Part shown: positions 8,214-17,820 of the stretch, in pieces | Layout: each line of letters opens with the position of its first letter | How positions within the stretch are numbered: position 1 is the stretch's first letter | NCBI GenBank assembly: GCA_023667055.1 | Contig: JAMPAV010000004.1 | Span: forward strand, 15,132-79,131 | From: Muribaculum sp. | GTDB lineage: Bacteria > Bacteroidota > Bacteroidia > Bacteroidales > Muribaculaceae | Direction of reading: 5' to 3' | DNA length: 64,000 nucleotides | The notes under the pieces: model-generated | Seen by the model: the letters and a program-made list of their open reading frames with translations, nothing else | Database searches by the model: none | What the model was told of the DNA's origin: nothing | Made by a program: the position numbers and the translations under genes

Positions 8214-10628
8214 ATGAACAAAAAACGGACTAAAATTATAGCACTGGTGTTAGTGTACCTGGTTCTCAGCACGACCAACTCAGCCGGCAAGCCCATCATT
8301 GCCAATGGAATTGAATTCAATATTGACCAAAACACCATTTTGCTCGACAGAGAAGGCATATATGGTGATCCATTGGCATTCATTGATCCCATAGCTGCTT
8401 TTGACAAAATAAATGAAATTGGCAAAGATGCCACATTGCTTGTGGCCCCATCCGTCTATTGGCTTGACGACCCAGATGACCCTTCCGTCAGAACTGACAA
8501 GGATGGCACTCCCTTTGGCATAAGAATCAAGTGCGACAATCTTAAGATTATCGGCCTGAGCGAGAATCCGCAGGATGTGGTATTTGCCGTCAACAGAGGT
8601 CAGACTCAAGGTGCTGTCGGCAACTACACAATGTTTGAATTCAAGGGCAATAGCCTTGAAGCGGACAACATTACATTTGGCAACTATTGCAACATAGATC
8701 TTGACTATCCAAGAAACCCGGAACTTAACAGGCCTCGCCGCAAGGATGCAATTGTACAAGCTCAGATTGGAATCTGCAACGGCACTGATAAGTTATTTGC
8801 CCGGAATTGCCAATTCCTAAGCCGCCTGAATCTCTGCCCCTTTGTAGGGGCTCGCCGGAGTCTTTACGACAACTGCTATTTTGAAAGCACAGACGATGCC
8901 CTCTCCGGAAGTGCTGTTTATCTCGATTGTCGCTTCCTCTTCTGCAGCAGCAAACCTTTCTACAGCACAGACCAGACCGGAGCCGTCTTCCTCAACTGCG
9001 ACATAAAGAGTCTTTGTGACGGCCCGCAATATTTCACTAAAGTTCCGGGACAGATCACCGCCATTGACACACGTTTCTCCGGAAATGACAATCTGACTGT
9101 GCTATGGACCCGCGATGCATCCGATAAAAAATGCTTCCAACACAATATTTTGGTAAATGGGAAACCTTACACTATAGATTCCAGCCGAAATGAACTTTGG
9201 ATGGAACTTGCCGGCAAGAATCTCATGGATGCATATGTATTTGAATATAATGGCAAGAAATATTATAACTTGTCCAACCTTCTCAACGGTGACGATGGCT
9301 GGGATCCTAAGGGTATGAATGTTTTGGTGAAGGAGGCTGAAATAAAACTCGGGAAAAAACTGACAGGCATTCCGGTTACTATGATCATGAGGACCGACAA
9401 GGCATCTCTTGCTGCAAGAAACGATACCGCTATCATCACCGCCACTCCACTATTATGGGGAGGATACCCTACAGATAAAACCAAAGATATTGTCATTGTG
9501 TCTGACAATAATATTCCTGAAACCAAACAAAAGATTGTATCTCTTTCTCTCCCCAACGGATTGACTGCGTGTCAGACCATAACTATGTTGCCCTTGCTTA
9601 GAAAGGCTCCCAAAATCAAAAAACAGCCAAAAGTGAAATATGATGCGTCCAATGGTCTATACTATGTAGATTACAAACTGAATGGGAAAGGCATTGATAA
9701 TTCCATGATATACTGGGCCAGAATAATCCTTGAAGAGGATGGAAAAAAGGTCTTAATGGTCAAAAAGGGTGCTCGACATAAAGACTATCTTTATAGACCG
9801 ACCTCCGGAGATTTCGGCAATAAGCTGATGGCAATTGTAATGCCTAAATTCAGTGATTCAGAGCAGGGCGAGATGGTATTATCTGATGAAATTGAGGTAT
9901 CCAACCTTGATTATATAAAAGACTTTCCTGAGTCGGAATTAAACACTGATTTTTCAGATATTCCTATATCTGAAATAAATGGCAATTTCCCTGGTATATG
10001 GAACTTTGACATATATAAGCCATTGGATACAAACCATGTCACCAATTGGAAAGCGGTAAAGGGTGCAGGCTGGTACTATGGAAAAGGTTTTGACGCTTCC
10101 GTAAGCGAAGGACTCGTGCAGAGTGAACGAGGGGCGCGTCTTTCTTATATTCCCACACGTGATGTTTGCAAAAATATGAAGGTTCGGCTTACGGTGGAGC
10201 CGGCCAAAAGTGGTGGACAAGGTTTTGGAAGTGCCACAGCACAATACATGGACGTTTGTCTGAAGTTTGATCCGGAAAATCTTGACGGGTACGCTCTGAG
10301 AATCGAGAGAACACCGGATTATGACAGTGCGGTCAGGTTCTCACTTATCAAATATGAAAAAGGAAACACCTCTGTAATAAATGAAGGTGTTGTGAGCAAC
10401 TGCTATCGTACGGCCTGCCATATCAATGCTGAAATCCGGAATGGAGTCTTGACTGCTACCGCTCATACAGATGCGCCTCAAAAAGAAGCAAAATCAGGGA
10501 TAGTGTCAAATGTGAGCATCTCATCTCCGGTGGATGATTCAGGATTGACTGGATTCTGCATTCAGCATACGGGTTCAACCGGTCCTTCATCGACTCTTAT
10601 AAAAAATCTTTCTCTCCAGTGGGACTGA
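8214..10628 (+). CDS. Secreted beta-helix protein with CE8 (pectin methylesterase)-like core and a long uncharacterised C-terminal region
   Basis: 804 aa with a signal peptide. By hand, residues ~180-241 align to the CE8 QAVAL...QDTL...DFIFG block (IVQAQIG ... FLSRLNL ... STDDALSG). Confidence 0.55.
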   Translation: MNKKRTKIIALVLVYLVLSTTNSAGKPIIANGIEFNIDQNTILLDREGIYGDPLAFIDPIAAFDKINEIGKDATLLVAPSVYWLDDPDDPSVRTDKDGTPFGIRIKCDNLKIIGLSENPQDVVFAVNRGQTQGAVGNYTMFEFKGNSLEADNITFGNYCNIDLDYPRNPELNRPRRKDAIVQAQIGICNGTDKLFARNCQFLSRLNLCPFVGARRSLYDNCYFESTDDALSGSAVYLDCRFLFCSSKPFYSTDQTGAVFLNCDIKSLCDGPQYFTKVPGQITAIDTRFSGNDNLTVLWTRDASDKKCFQHNILVNGKPYTIDSSRNELWMELAGKNLMDAYVFEYNGKKYYNLSNLLNGDDGWDPKGMNVLVKEAEIKLGKKLTGIPVTMIMRTDKASLAARNDTAIITATPLLWGGYPTDKTKDIVIVSDNNIPETKQKIVSLSLPNGLTACQTITMLPLLRKAPKIKKQPKVKYDASNGLYYVDYKLNGKGIDNSMIYWARIILEEDGKKVLMVKKGARHKDYLYRPTSGDFGNKLMAIVMPKFSDSEQGEMVLSDEIEVSNLDYIKDFPESELNTDFSDIPISEINGNFPGIWNFDIYKPLDTNHVTNWKAVKGAGWYYGKGFDASVSEGLVQSERGARLSYIPTRDVCKNMKVRLTVEPAKSGGQGFGSATAQYMDVCLKFDPENLDGYALRIERTPDYDSAVRFSLIKYEKGNTSVINEGVVSNCYRTACHINAEIRNGVLTATAHTDAPQKEAKSGIVSNVSISSPVDDSGLTGFCIQHTGSTGPSSTLIKNLSLQWD

Positions 10629-10738
10629 AAAATATCATTAGACTCCTAATTCCTTAGTGACCTTGGAGTCCTTACATTCTTTAAAGACCTTATACCCTAA
10701 CAATTAAACTACAAATAAGAACTTAATAGCAACATAAC

Positions 10739-12412
10739 ATGAAAAAGACAACTCTAATTCTGACAACTGCCGCGCTTCTTTCATCGGCTTCGATGATGGC
10801 GGATATTTCTAAGGCATACGTTTCAGACTTGGGCAACGGCAAATATCAGAATCCGGTGATAAATGCCGATTATTCCGACCCTGACGTGATTCGCGTTGGC
10901 AATGACTATTACATGACTTCTTCAAGTTTTGCCAATTTGCCTGCATTGCAGATACTGCATTCCAACGATCTTGTCAATTGGACCATAGTTGGTGCTGTAG
11001 CCGACAAATACCCCGCTCCTGAGTTTGACGGTGTAAGCCATGGCAATGGCGTCTGGGCTCCAGCGATTCGTTACCACAACGGTATGTACTATGTAATGTA
11101 TGGTGATCCCGATAGAGGTATATATGTGGCCAAGACCGACAATCCCCGTGGCCGTTGGAGCGATCTCGAACTGATATATCCGGCAGTGGGTGTAATTGAC
11201 CCATGTCCATTCTGGGACGAGGATGGCAAGGCATACATTGCTCACGGATATGCGGGTAGCCGTGCCGGAAACAAAAGTATCATAGGAATGATTGAGATGA
11301 AACCCGATGCTTCCGGTGTAATAGGTATGGATCGTGTGATATACGATGGTCATCTCGAAAATGAGACCATCGAAGGTGCCAAGATGTACAAACGCGGCGA
11401 CTGGTACTACATTTTCTCTCCTGCCGGCGGCGTATCTACCGGCTGGCAAGTCGTGATGCGCAGTAAGAATCCATGGGGGCCATACGAGCAACGAAATGTC
11501 ATGGAACAGGGTAACACGGACATCAACGGACCTCACCAAGGTGCATGGATCGACACGCCTGACGGCAAGGAAGACTGGTTTATCCATTTTCAGGACAAGG
11601 GTCCGTACGGACGTGTCATCAACCTTGAACCCATGCAGTGGAAGGAAGACGGCTGGCCGGTGATAGGCGTTGACAAGGACGGCGATGGTCGCGGTATTCC
11701 GGTAAGTACATACAAGAAACCCAATGTCGGCAAAACATATCCAATCGCCACTCCGCAAGACAGCGACGATTTTGACTCCAACACTCTCGGTCTGCAATGG
11801 CAATGGAACGGTAATCCGCAACCGCTTTGGTATTTCTGCGATGCTGCCAATTCTACACTCCGACTTTTCTCCCACAATACTCCGGATGCCAAGACTCTAT
11901 ATGATATGCCGAATGTGCTGATGCAGAAATTTCCAAATGAAAACTTTACCGCCACTGCAAAAGTTTCATTCCATCCAAGAGTTAAAAACGGCAAAGTGGA
12001 AGTGGGCGAACGTGGCGGACTTTCGGTGATGGGCTACAACTTTGCCACTCTTGAACTCGAAAGCCGTGCCGACGGGATATATCTCGTTCAGACCGACTGC
12101 ATCGATTGCAACAAAGGCAATACCGATGTCAAAGAAAATGCTGCAGTGAAACTTGAGACCGGCGGTCCGATATGGCTTCGTGCGGTAGTGAAAATGACCG
12201 GAAAGAAAACACCCAAGGCCAAGGAAGACTACAAATGCGAAGTCTCATTCAAATACAGCCTTGACGGAAAGAAATACATGGACTTCGGCAAACCGATGAA
12301 TGTGCGTGAAGGACACTGGATCGGAGCCAAGGTAGGCGTTTTCTGTGTGCGTCCTTGGAAGAGCAACGACAGCGGTTGGCTTGATGTTGATTCTTTTGTC
12401 ATTGACAAATAA
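10739..12412 (+). CDS. Glycoside hydrolase family 43 (beta-xylosidase / alpha-L-arabinofuranosidase type) with C-terminal beta-sandwich domain
   Basis: 557 aa with a signal peptide. NPVINADYSDPDVIRVGNDYYMTSSSF and WAPAIRYHNGMYY are typical GH43 five-bladed propeller motifs. The C-terminal ~200 aa resemble a concanavalin-like GH43 C-terminal domain. Confidence 0.85.
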   Translation: MKKTTLILTTAALLSSASMMADISKAYVSDLGNGKYQNPVINADYSDPDVIRVGNDYYMTSSSFANLPALQILHSNDLVNWTIVGAVADKYPAPEFDGVSHGNGVWAPAIRYHNGMYYVMYGDPDRGIYVAKTDNPRGRWSDLELIYPAVGVIDPCPFWDEDGKAYIAHGYAGSRAGNKSIIGMIEMKPDASGVIGMDRVIYDGHLENETIEGAKMYKRGDWYYIFSPAGGVSTGWQVVMRSKNPWGPYEQRNVMEQGNTDINGPHQGAWIDTPDGKEDWFIHFQDKGPYGRVINLEPMQWKEDGWPVIGVDKDGDGRGIPVSTYKKPNVGKTYPIATPQDSDDFDSNTLGLQWQWNGNPQPLWYFCDAANSTLRLFSHNTPDAKTLYDMPNVLMQKFPNENFTATAKVSFHPRVKNGKVEVGERGGLSVMGYNFATLELESRADGIYLVQTDCIDCNKGNTDVKENAAVKLETGGPIWLRAVVKMTGKKTPKAKEDYKCEVSFKYSLDGKKYMDFGKPMNVREGHWIGAKVGVFCVRPWKSNDSGWLDVDSFVIDK

Positions 12413-12499
12413 ATTATTCAACTAAAAATCAGAAAAGTTTTTAAATGTTTCCCAAATCAAACTATAATATTACTGATTTTTAATCTTTTATAAATTTAC

Positions 12500-12558
12500 A
12501 TCTCCCTAAAAGTTTTCTAAAATAAAAATTGTAGAAAACTTTTAGGGAGATTTATTTG
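12500..12558 (+). terminator. Intrinsic terminator after GH43
   Basis: 19 bp perfect stem (ATCTCCCTAAAAGTTTTCT / AGAAAACTTTTAGGGAGAT) with a 14 nt loop, followed by TTATTTGT. Confidence 0.7.
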
Positions 12559-12577
12559 TCATTATTGATATAATTTG

Positions 12578-12585
12578 TAACTTTG
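12578..12585 (+). promoter_or_regulatory. Bacteroidetes-type -7 promoter box TAACTTTG upstream of nrdD
   Basis: Matches the TAnnTTTG consensus known for Bacteroides primary-sigma promoters. Lies 91 nt upstream of the nrdD ATG. Confidence 0.45.
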
Positions 12586-12640
12586 CAATCTCAATAAAAG
12601 AACTTAATGGGATAGATTATTTTGTCGTCAAAACATCGAT

Positions 12641-12671
12641 AACCTAAACCCTAAACAATAAAACCCTAAAC
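12641..12671. repeat. CCTAAAC heptamer-type repeats directly upstream of the nrdD start
   Basis: AACCTAAACCCTAAACAATAAAACCCTAAAC read directly, ending 5 nt before the ATG at 12676. Confidence 0.7.
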
Positions 12672-12675
12672 AAGA

Positions 12676-14880
12676 ATGATACAGATTGTAGAAAAGCGCG
12701 ATGGCCGCGTGGTAGGATATAATGAAGAAAAAATCAAGGCTGCAATCCGCAAGGCCATGATGATGACCGAACAGGGGGAGGATGAAGCACTGATTCAACG
12801 GATCTCCGACCGTATCGGCATGACGGGAAAGGAACGCATGACTGTGGAGGAGATACAGGATAAGGTTGAAATAGAACTCATGAAATCCTCGCGAAAGGAT
12901 GTGGCAAAGCGTTATATCGCATATCGCGACAAACGCTCTGTGGCAAGACGCGGCAAAACACGTGATATTTTTTTGGAAATCATTGAAACAAAAAACAACG
13001 ACATCACACGTGAGAATGCCAATATGAATGCCGACACCCCGGCCGGCATGATGATGAAATTTGCATCAGAGACCACCAAGCCATTCGTGGATGACTATCT
13101 TCTTGATCCGGATGTGAAACAGGCAGTCCGCAACAATTATATACATATCCACGATAAGGACTACTACCCCACCAAGAGTCTGACTTGCGTGCAGCATCCT
13201 CTTGATCACTTGCTCGACAACGGCTTTGTGGCCGGTCATGCCGAAAGCCGCGCTCCTAAGCGTATAGAGACTGCGGGAGTGATAGCCTGCATCTCACTGG
13301 AGACGGCACAAAATGAAATGCACGGCGGACAGGCAATACCTGCTTTTGACTTCTATCTTGCCCCTTTTGTTAGAATAACATATAAAGAGGAATTGAAGAA
13401 CCTTGAAAACCTGACGGGCAGAGATCTTTCAGCTCTCTACGACCGCGAGATTGACGATTATATCAAGAAAGACCTTGATGGTCTTGACGGTGACGAGAGA
13501 CTTTTCCAACACGCAGTAAATCGCACCGTTAGCCGTGTACATCAGTCGATGGAGGCTTTCATTCACAATATGAACACAATCCATTCACGTGGCGGAAACC
13601 AGGTGGTGTTCAGCAGCATCAACTATGGCACGGATACCTCTGCGGAAGGACGCTGTGTGATTCGCGAGATTCTCAATTGCACTTATGAGGGAGTTGGCAA
13701 CGGTGCCACTGCAATTTTCCCAATACAGATATGGAAAAAGAAACGTGGTGTCAGCTATCTACCGGAAGACCGTAACTATGACCTATATCGTCTCGCCTGT
13801 AAAGTAGCCGCACGCAGGTTCTTCCCCAACTTCCTCAATCTTGATGCAACCTACAATCATCATGAACTATGGCGTGCAGACGACCCTCGCCGTTTTGAAT
13901 ATGAAGTGGCAACCATGGGATGCCGCACACGTGTGTTTGAAAACCGGTTTGGCAAGAAAACATCTGTGGGACGCGGCAACATATCATTCTCCACTATTAA
14001 TATAGTGCGCCTTGCCATCGAGTGCATGAATATTCAGAATCAGGAAGAGAGAATCGACCGTTTCTTCCAGCGTCTCAACGACATCCTGGAACTTACCGCC
14101 AAGCAGCTCGACGACCGTTTCCAGTTTCAGAAGACAGCACTCGCCAAGCAATTCCCGCTTGTTATGAGCGCACTATGGATTGACGGTGACAAACTGGATC
14201 CCAATGATACAATTGAGAGTGTAATAAATCAGGGCACACTCGGCATTGGTTTCATTGGACTGGCTGAATGCCTTATCGCCCTTACAGGAAAACACCATGG
14301 CGAAAGCGAGGAAGCTCAGCAGCTTGGTCTGCGCATAGTAAAATACATGCGGTCAAAGGTCAATGAGTTCTCTGAGCGTTATAAGCACAACTATTCTGTG
14401 CTTGCCACTCCCGCTGAGGGTCTGAGCGGAAGATTCACAAAAATTGATCGTAAAACCTTCGGTGAAATCAAGGGCATCACCGACAAGGACTATTACACCA
14501 ATTCCAATCATGTTCCGGTATATTACCATTGCTCACCTCGCCACAAGGCGAAAATCGAGGCTCCATACCATGAGCTTACAGGCGGCGGACATATCTTCTA
14601 TGTTGAGATTGACGGAGATGCCACCCACAATGAGGAGTGCATCATGCAGATAGTGGATATGCTCGATAAGTACAACATGGGTTATGGCTCTGTCAACCAC
14701 AATCGTAACCACTGCCCGAAGTGTGGCTACGAAAATGCCGAGAAAGACGTAACCAACTGTCCGAAATGTGACACCAAGTTTGAGACCATCCAGCGCATCA
14801 CAGGCTATCTTGTCGGCACCACCGACCGCTGGAACTCCGGAAAACTTGCCGAACTCAAAGACAGGGTTGTCCACAAATAA
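12676..14880 (+). CDS. nrdD: Anaerobic ribonucleoside-triphosphate reductase
   Basis: 734 aa with an N-terminal ATP-cone (VEKRDGRVVGYNEEKI), a C-terminal Zn ribbon (CPKCGY...CPKCD) and a glycyl-radical motif RITGYLVG. Followed by nrdG. Confidence 0.95.
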   Translation: MIQIVEKRDGRVVGYNEEKIKAAIRKAMMMTEQGEDEALIQRISDRIGMTGKERMTVEEIQDKVEIELMKSSRKDVAKRYIAYRDKRSVARRGKTRDIFLEIIETKNNDITRENANMNADTPAGMMMKFASETTKPFVDDYLLDPDVKQAVRNNYIHIHDKDYYPTKSLTCVQHPLDHLLDNGFVAGHAESRAPKRIETAGVIACISLETAQNEMHGGQAIPAFDFYLAPFVRITYKEELKNLENLTGRDLSALYDREIDDYIKKDLDGLDGDERLFQHAVNRTVSRVHQSMEAFIHNMNTIHSRGGNQVVFSSINYGTDTSAEGRCVIREILNCTYEGVGNGATAIFPIQIWKKKRGVSYLPEDRNYDLYRLACKVAARRFFPNFLNLDATYNHHELWRADDPRRFEYEVATMGCRTRVFENRFGKKTSVGRGNISFSTINIVRLAIECMNIQNQEERIDRFFQRLNDILELTAKQLDDRFQFQKTALAKQFPLVMSALWIDGDKLDPNDTIESVINQGTLGIGFIGLAECLIALTGKHHGESEEAQQLGLRIVKYMRSKVNEFSERYKHNYSVLATPAEGLSGRFTKIDRKTFGEIKGITDKDYYTNSNHVPVYYHCSPRHKAKIEAPYHELTGGGHIFYVEIDGDATHNEECIMQIVDMLDKYNMGYGSVNHNRNHCPKCGYENAEKDVTNCPKCDTKFETIQRITGYLVGTTDRWNSGKLAELKDRVVHK

Positions 14881-14912
14881 TTTTGAATGTGGAATTTTGA
14901 ATTTTGAATAAC

Positions 14913-15440
14913 ATGTCAATTGATGCAAGATACAAAGCGGACAAAGATTCATTGAATAATATCACATTCAGGGTTCTTGATATAGTAAGAGGCACTACAG
15001 TTGACGGTCCGGGATTCCGGACCGCCATCTATTTTGCCGGCTGCCGTCATAAGTGTCCCGGTTGCCATAATCCGCAGTCGTGGGACTTTGGTGGGGGAAA
15101 CGAGATGACACTTGCTGAGATAATGGATATAGTAGAGGAGGAGGACTTCGATGTGACTTTGACAGGTGGGGATCCTCTGTATAATGCTAAGGACATAGCA
15201 TTGCTTGCGAAGGCCATCAAACAAGCCGGACACTCCGTCTGGCTTTACACAGGTTTCACAATTGAGCAAATCAGAGAATCAGAAGAGTTGTCTGAACCAC
15301 TTCCCTATATAGATGCAATTGTGGAAGGGCCTTTCATTCTATCGCTCCGGAACCCCGACCTGCAGTTTCGCGGTTCTTCCAACCAGCGAATCATCAAATC
15401 GCAAGACTTCAATATCCCAAAATTGGCACAAAATTTGTAA
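14913..15440 (+). CDS. nrdG: Anaerobic ribonucleotide reductase activating protein (radical SAM)
   Basis: CRHKCPGCHNPQSW cluster motif, small size, position after nrdD. ATG at 14913 is preferred over the track's TTG at 14904, which lies in the repeat spacer. Confidence 0.9.
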   Translation: MSIDARYKADKDSLNNITFRVLDIVRGTTVDGPGFRTAIYFAGCRHKCPGCHNPQSWDFGGGNEMTLAEIMDIVEEEDFDVTLTGGDPLYNAKDIALLAKAIKQAGHSVWLYTGFTIEQIRESEELSEPLPYIDAIVEGPFILSLRNPDLQFRGSSNQRIIKSQDFNIPKLAQNL

Positions 15441-15457
15441 AAACGAATAAAAATAAT

Positions 15458-15465
15458 TAATTTTG
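15458..15465 (+). promoter_or_regulatory. -7 promoter box TAATTTTG upstream of ftsY
   Basis: Matches TAnnTTTG, 24 nt upstream of the ftsY ATG. Confidence 0.4.
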
Positions 15466-15488
15466 TAGTCTAAATAGCGCTATAAATT

Positions 15489-16463
15489 ATGGGATTCTTC
15501 AAAAAACTGTTCTCGCGAGAGAAAAAAGAGCAACTCGATTCAGGTCTCGAAAAAACCAAACAAGGTGTATGGGACAAGATAACCCGTGCCGTGGCAGGTA
15601 AATCAAAAGTTGACGATGAAGTTCTTGACAACCTCGAGGAAGTATTCATCACTTCCGATATGGGTGTGGACACATCGCTAAAGATTATAGAACGCCTCGA
15701 ACAACGAGTAGCTCGCGATAAATATGTCAGTTCCTCAGAACTAAACAGAATCCTCTGTGAGGAAATCACCGACCTCCTTTCCAAGTCAAGCAACGAAGAG
15801 GATGGTCTCGGCGATTTTGAAATTCCGGAGGATAAGAAACCTTACGTTATAATGGTGGTTGGAGTTAACGGTGTCGGCAAAACCACCACCATCGGCAAAC
15901 TTGCGCACCAATACAAGGCTGCCGGCAACAAAGTCGTACTTGGAGCCGCTGATACATTCCGGGCCGCCGCAATTGAACAACTCGACATCTGGGGTGAACG
16001 AGTTGGCGTACCTGTGGTAAAACAGAAGATGGGTAGTGACCCCGCCGCTGTGGCTTTTGACACCCTCAGCAGTGCAAAGGCTCAGGGAGCTGACGTAGTC
16101 ATCATCGACACCGCCGGCCGTCTTCACAACAAGGTTGGACTAATGAACGAGCTAACCAAAATCAAGAAAGTCATGCAGAAGGTTGTGCCTGATGCGCCAC
16201 AGGAAATTTTGCTCGTTCTTGACGGTAGCACCGGTCAAAATGCCTACGAACAGGCAAAGCAGTTTGTGGCTGCTACTGAAGTAAATGCCCTCGCCATAAC
16301 AAAACTTGATGGCACAGCAAAAGGTGGTGTGGTGATTGGCATTAGCGATCAATTCAAGATTCCTGTCAAATATATCGGCATTGGCGAAAAAATGGAGGAT
16401 CTCCAGATATTCCGTAGCGATGAATTTGTCAAATCCCTCTTCGGAAACGCAGCATCAAAATAA
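15489..16463 (+). CDS. ftsY: Signal recognition particle receptor FtsY
   Basis: 324 aa with SRP GTPase motifs GVNGVGKTTTIGKLA, DTAGR and TKLDG. Confidence 0.95.
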   Translation: MGFFKKLFSREKKEQLDSGLEKTKQGVWDKITRAVAGKSKVDDEVLDNLEEVFITSDMGVDTSLKIIERLEQRVARDKYVSSSELNRILCEEITDLLSKSSNEEDGLGDFEIPEDKKPYVIMVVGVNGVGKTTTIGKLAHQYKAAGNKVVLGAADTFRAAAIEQLDIWGERVGVPVVKQKMGSDPAAVAFDTLSSAKAQGADVVIIDTAGRLHNKVGLMNELTKIKKVMQKVVPDAPQEILLVLDGSTGQNAYEQAKQFVAATEVNALAITKLDGTAKGGVVIGISDQFKIPVKYIGIGEKMEDLQIFRSDEFVKSLFGNAASK

Positions 16464-16466
16464 TTT

Positions 16467-16487
16467 TGAATGCTGAATGTTGAAATC
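16467..16487. repeat. TGAATGY heptamer x3 directly after the ftsY stop
   Basis: TGAATGC TGAATGT TGAAATC read directly. Confidence 0.7.
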
Positions 16488-16518
16488 TTTTAGGGTCAAA
16501 TCATATTGAATTGAAATA

Positions 16519-17820
16519 ATGAGAAAGGGACAGATTGATGTCATATCTATGGGATGTAGCAAGAATCTTATCGACAGCGAAAGACTCCTGCGGCGTCTCG
16601 CCGAAAAAGGATATAAGGTGACTCACGATTCTGAAAATCCCTCAGGCGAATGGGTGGTGGTCAACACCTGTGGTTTCATACAGGATGCCAAAGAAGAATC
16701 AATTGACCTTATTCTTCAACTTGGTCAACTTAAAAAGAAACGTAAAATCGGGAAACTGGCAGTGATGGGTTGTCTTTCACAACGCTACATGGACGACCTG
16801 AAAGACGAAATACCTGAGGTTGACATCTGGTATGGCAAATATGACTGGAACTCATTCATCTCTTCACTGCCAGACAGCAAAGAAAAGGTAAACCTACCAA
16901 AAGATTGGGAAAGAACTCTTACCACTCCTCCATATAGCACTTATCTGAAAATTTCTGAAGGTTGCAACCGCTTCTGCGCCTTTTGCGCAATCCCGATCAT
17001 AACCGGTCGTCACACATCGCGACCGATAAAGGAGATTCTTGAAGAAGTAAGGGATCTTGTCAGCAAGGGAGTAAAAGAATTTAATGTCATTGCACAGGAT
17101 CTCAGCAGCTATGGCACTGATATTTACGGCAAGCATTCTCTTGCTGAGCTGATTGACAGGATGGCCGGCATAGAGGGTGTGGAATGGATACGCCTTCATT
17201 ACGCATATCCTTCAGATTTTCCAATGGATATCCTTGATGTCATGGCGCGACGCGACAATGTCTGCAAATATCTTGACATAGCTTTGCAACACATTGCCGA
17301 TCCGGTGCTTGAAAACATGCGCCGCCACATTGATGGGGATAAGACGCGACAGTTGCTCGATGAAATGAGAAAACGCGTGCCGGGATTGAAAATCAGGACC
17401 ACACTGATGGTTGGTTTCCCCGGCGAGGGTGAAGAAGAATTCCGGCAACTGCTCGACTTCGTTAAGCAACAAAAGTTTGAGCGCATGGGAGCCTTCGCAT
17501 ATAGTGAGGAAGACGATACCTGGGCTGCCAAAAATTTAAGCGATGATATATCCGACGAAGTAAAGCAGCGACGTCTTGACACTCTCATGCAACTTCAGGA
17601 GGAGATAGCCCTGAAGCGTAACGAGGAAATGATTGGACAGACAGTCCGTGTTCTGATCGACCGCATCGAAGGTAACACTCGGATTGGCCGAACTCAGTGG
17701 GACTCGCCGGAAGTGGATCCGGAGGTTTATGTATCCGGCTCTGATGCCCAACCGGGTGATTTTATAAATGTAAAAATTACAGGGGCTGAACCCTTTGAAT
17801 TGTTTGGTGAACTGGTTTAA
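16519..17820 (+). CDS. rimO: Ribosomal protein S12 methylthiotransferase RimO
   Basis: 433 aa with an MTTase N-terminal domain, a radical SAM CNRFCAFCAIP motif and a C-terminal TRAM domain. Confidence 0.9.
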   Translation: MRKGQIDVISMGCSKNLIDSERLLRRLAEKGYKVTHDSENPSGEWVVVNTCGFIQDAKEESIDLILQLGQLKKKRKIGKLAVMGCLSQRYMDDLKDEIPEVDIWYGKYDWNSFISSLPDSKEKVNLPKDWERTLTTPPYSTYLKISEGCNRFCAFCAIPIITGRHTSRPIKEILEEVRDLVSKGVKEFNVIAQDLSSYGTDIYGKHSLAELIDRMAGIEGVEWIRLHYAYPSDFPMDILDVMARRDNVCKYLDIALQHIADPVLENMRRHIDGDKTRQLLDEMRKRVPGLKIRTTLMVGFPGEGEEEFRQLLDFVKQQKFERMGAFAYSEEDDTWAAKNLSDDISDEVKQRRLDTLMQLQEEIALKRNEEMIGQTVRVLIDRIEGNTRIGRTQWDSPEVDPEVYVSGSDAQPGDFINVKITGAEPFELFGELV

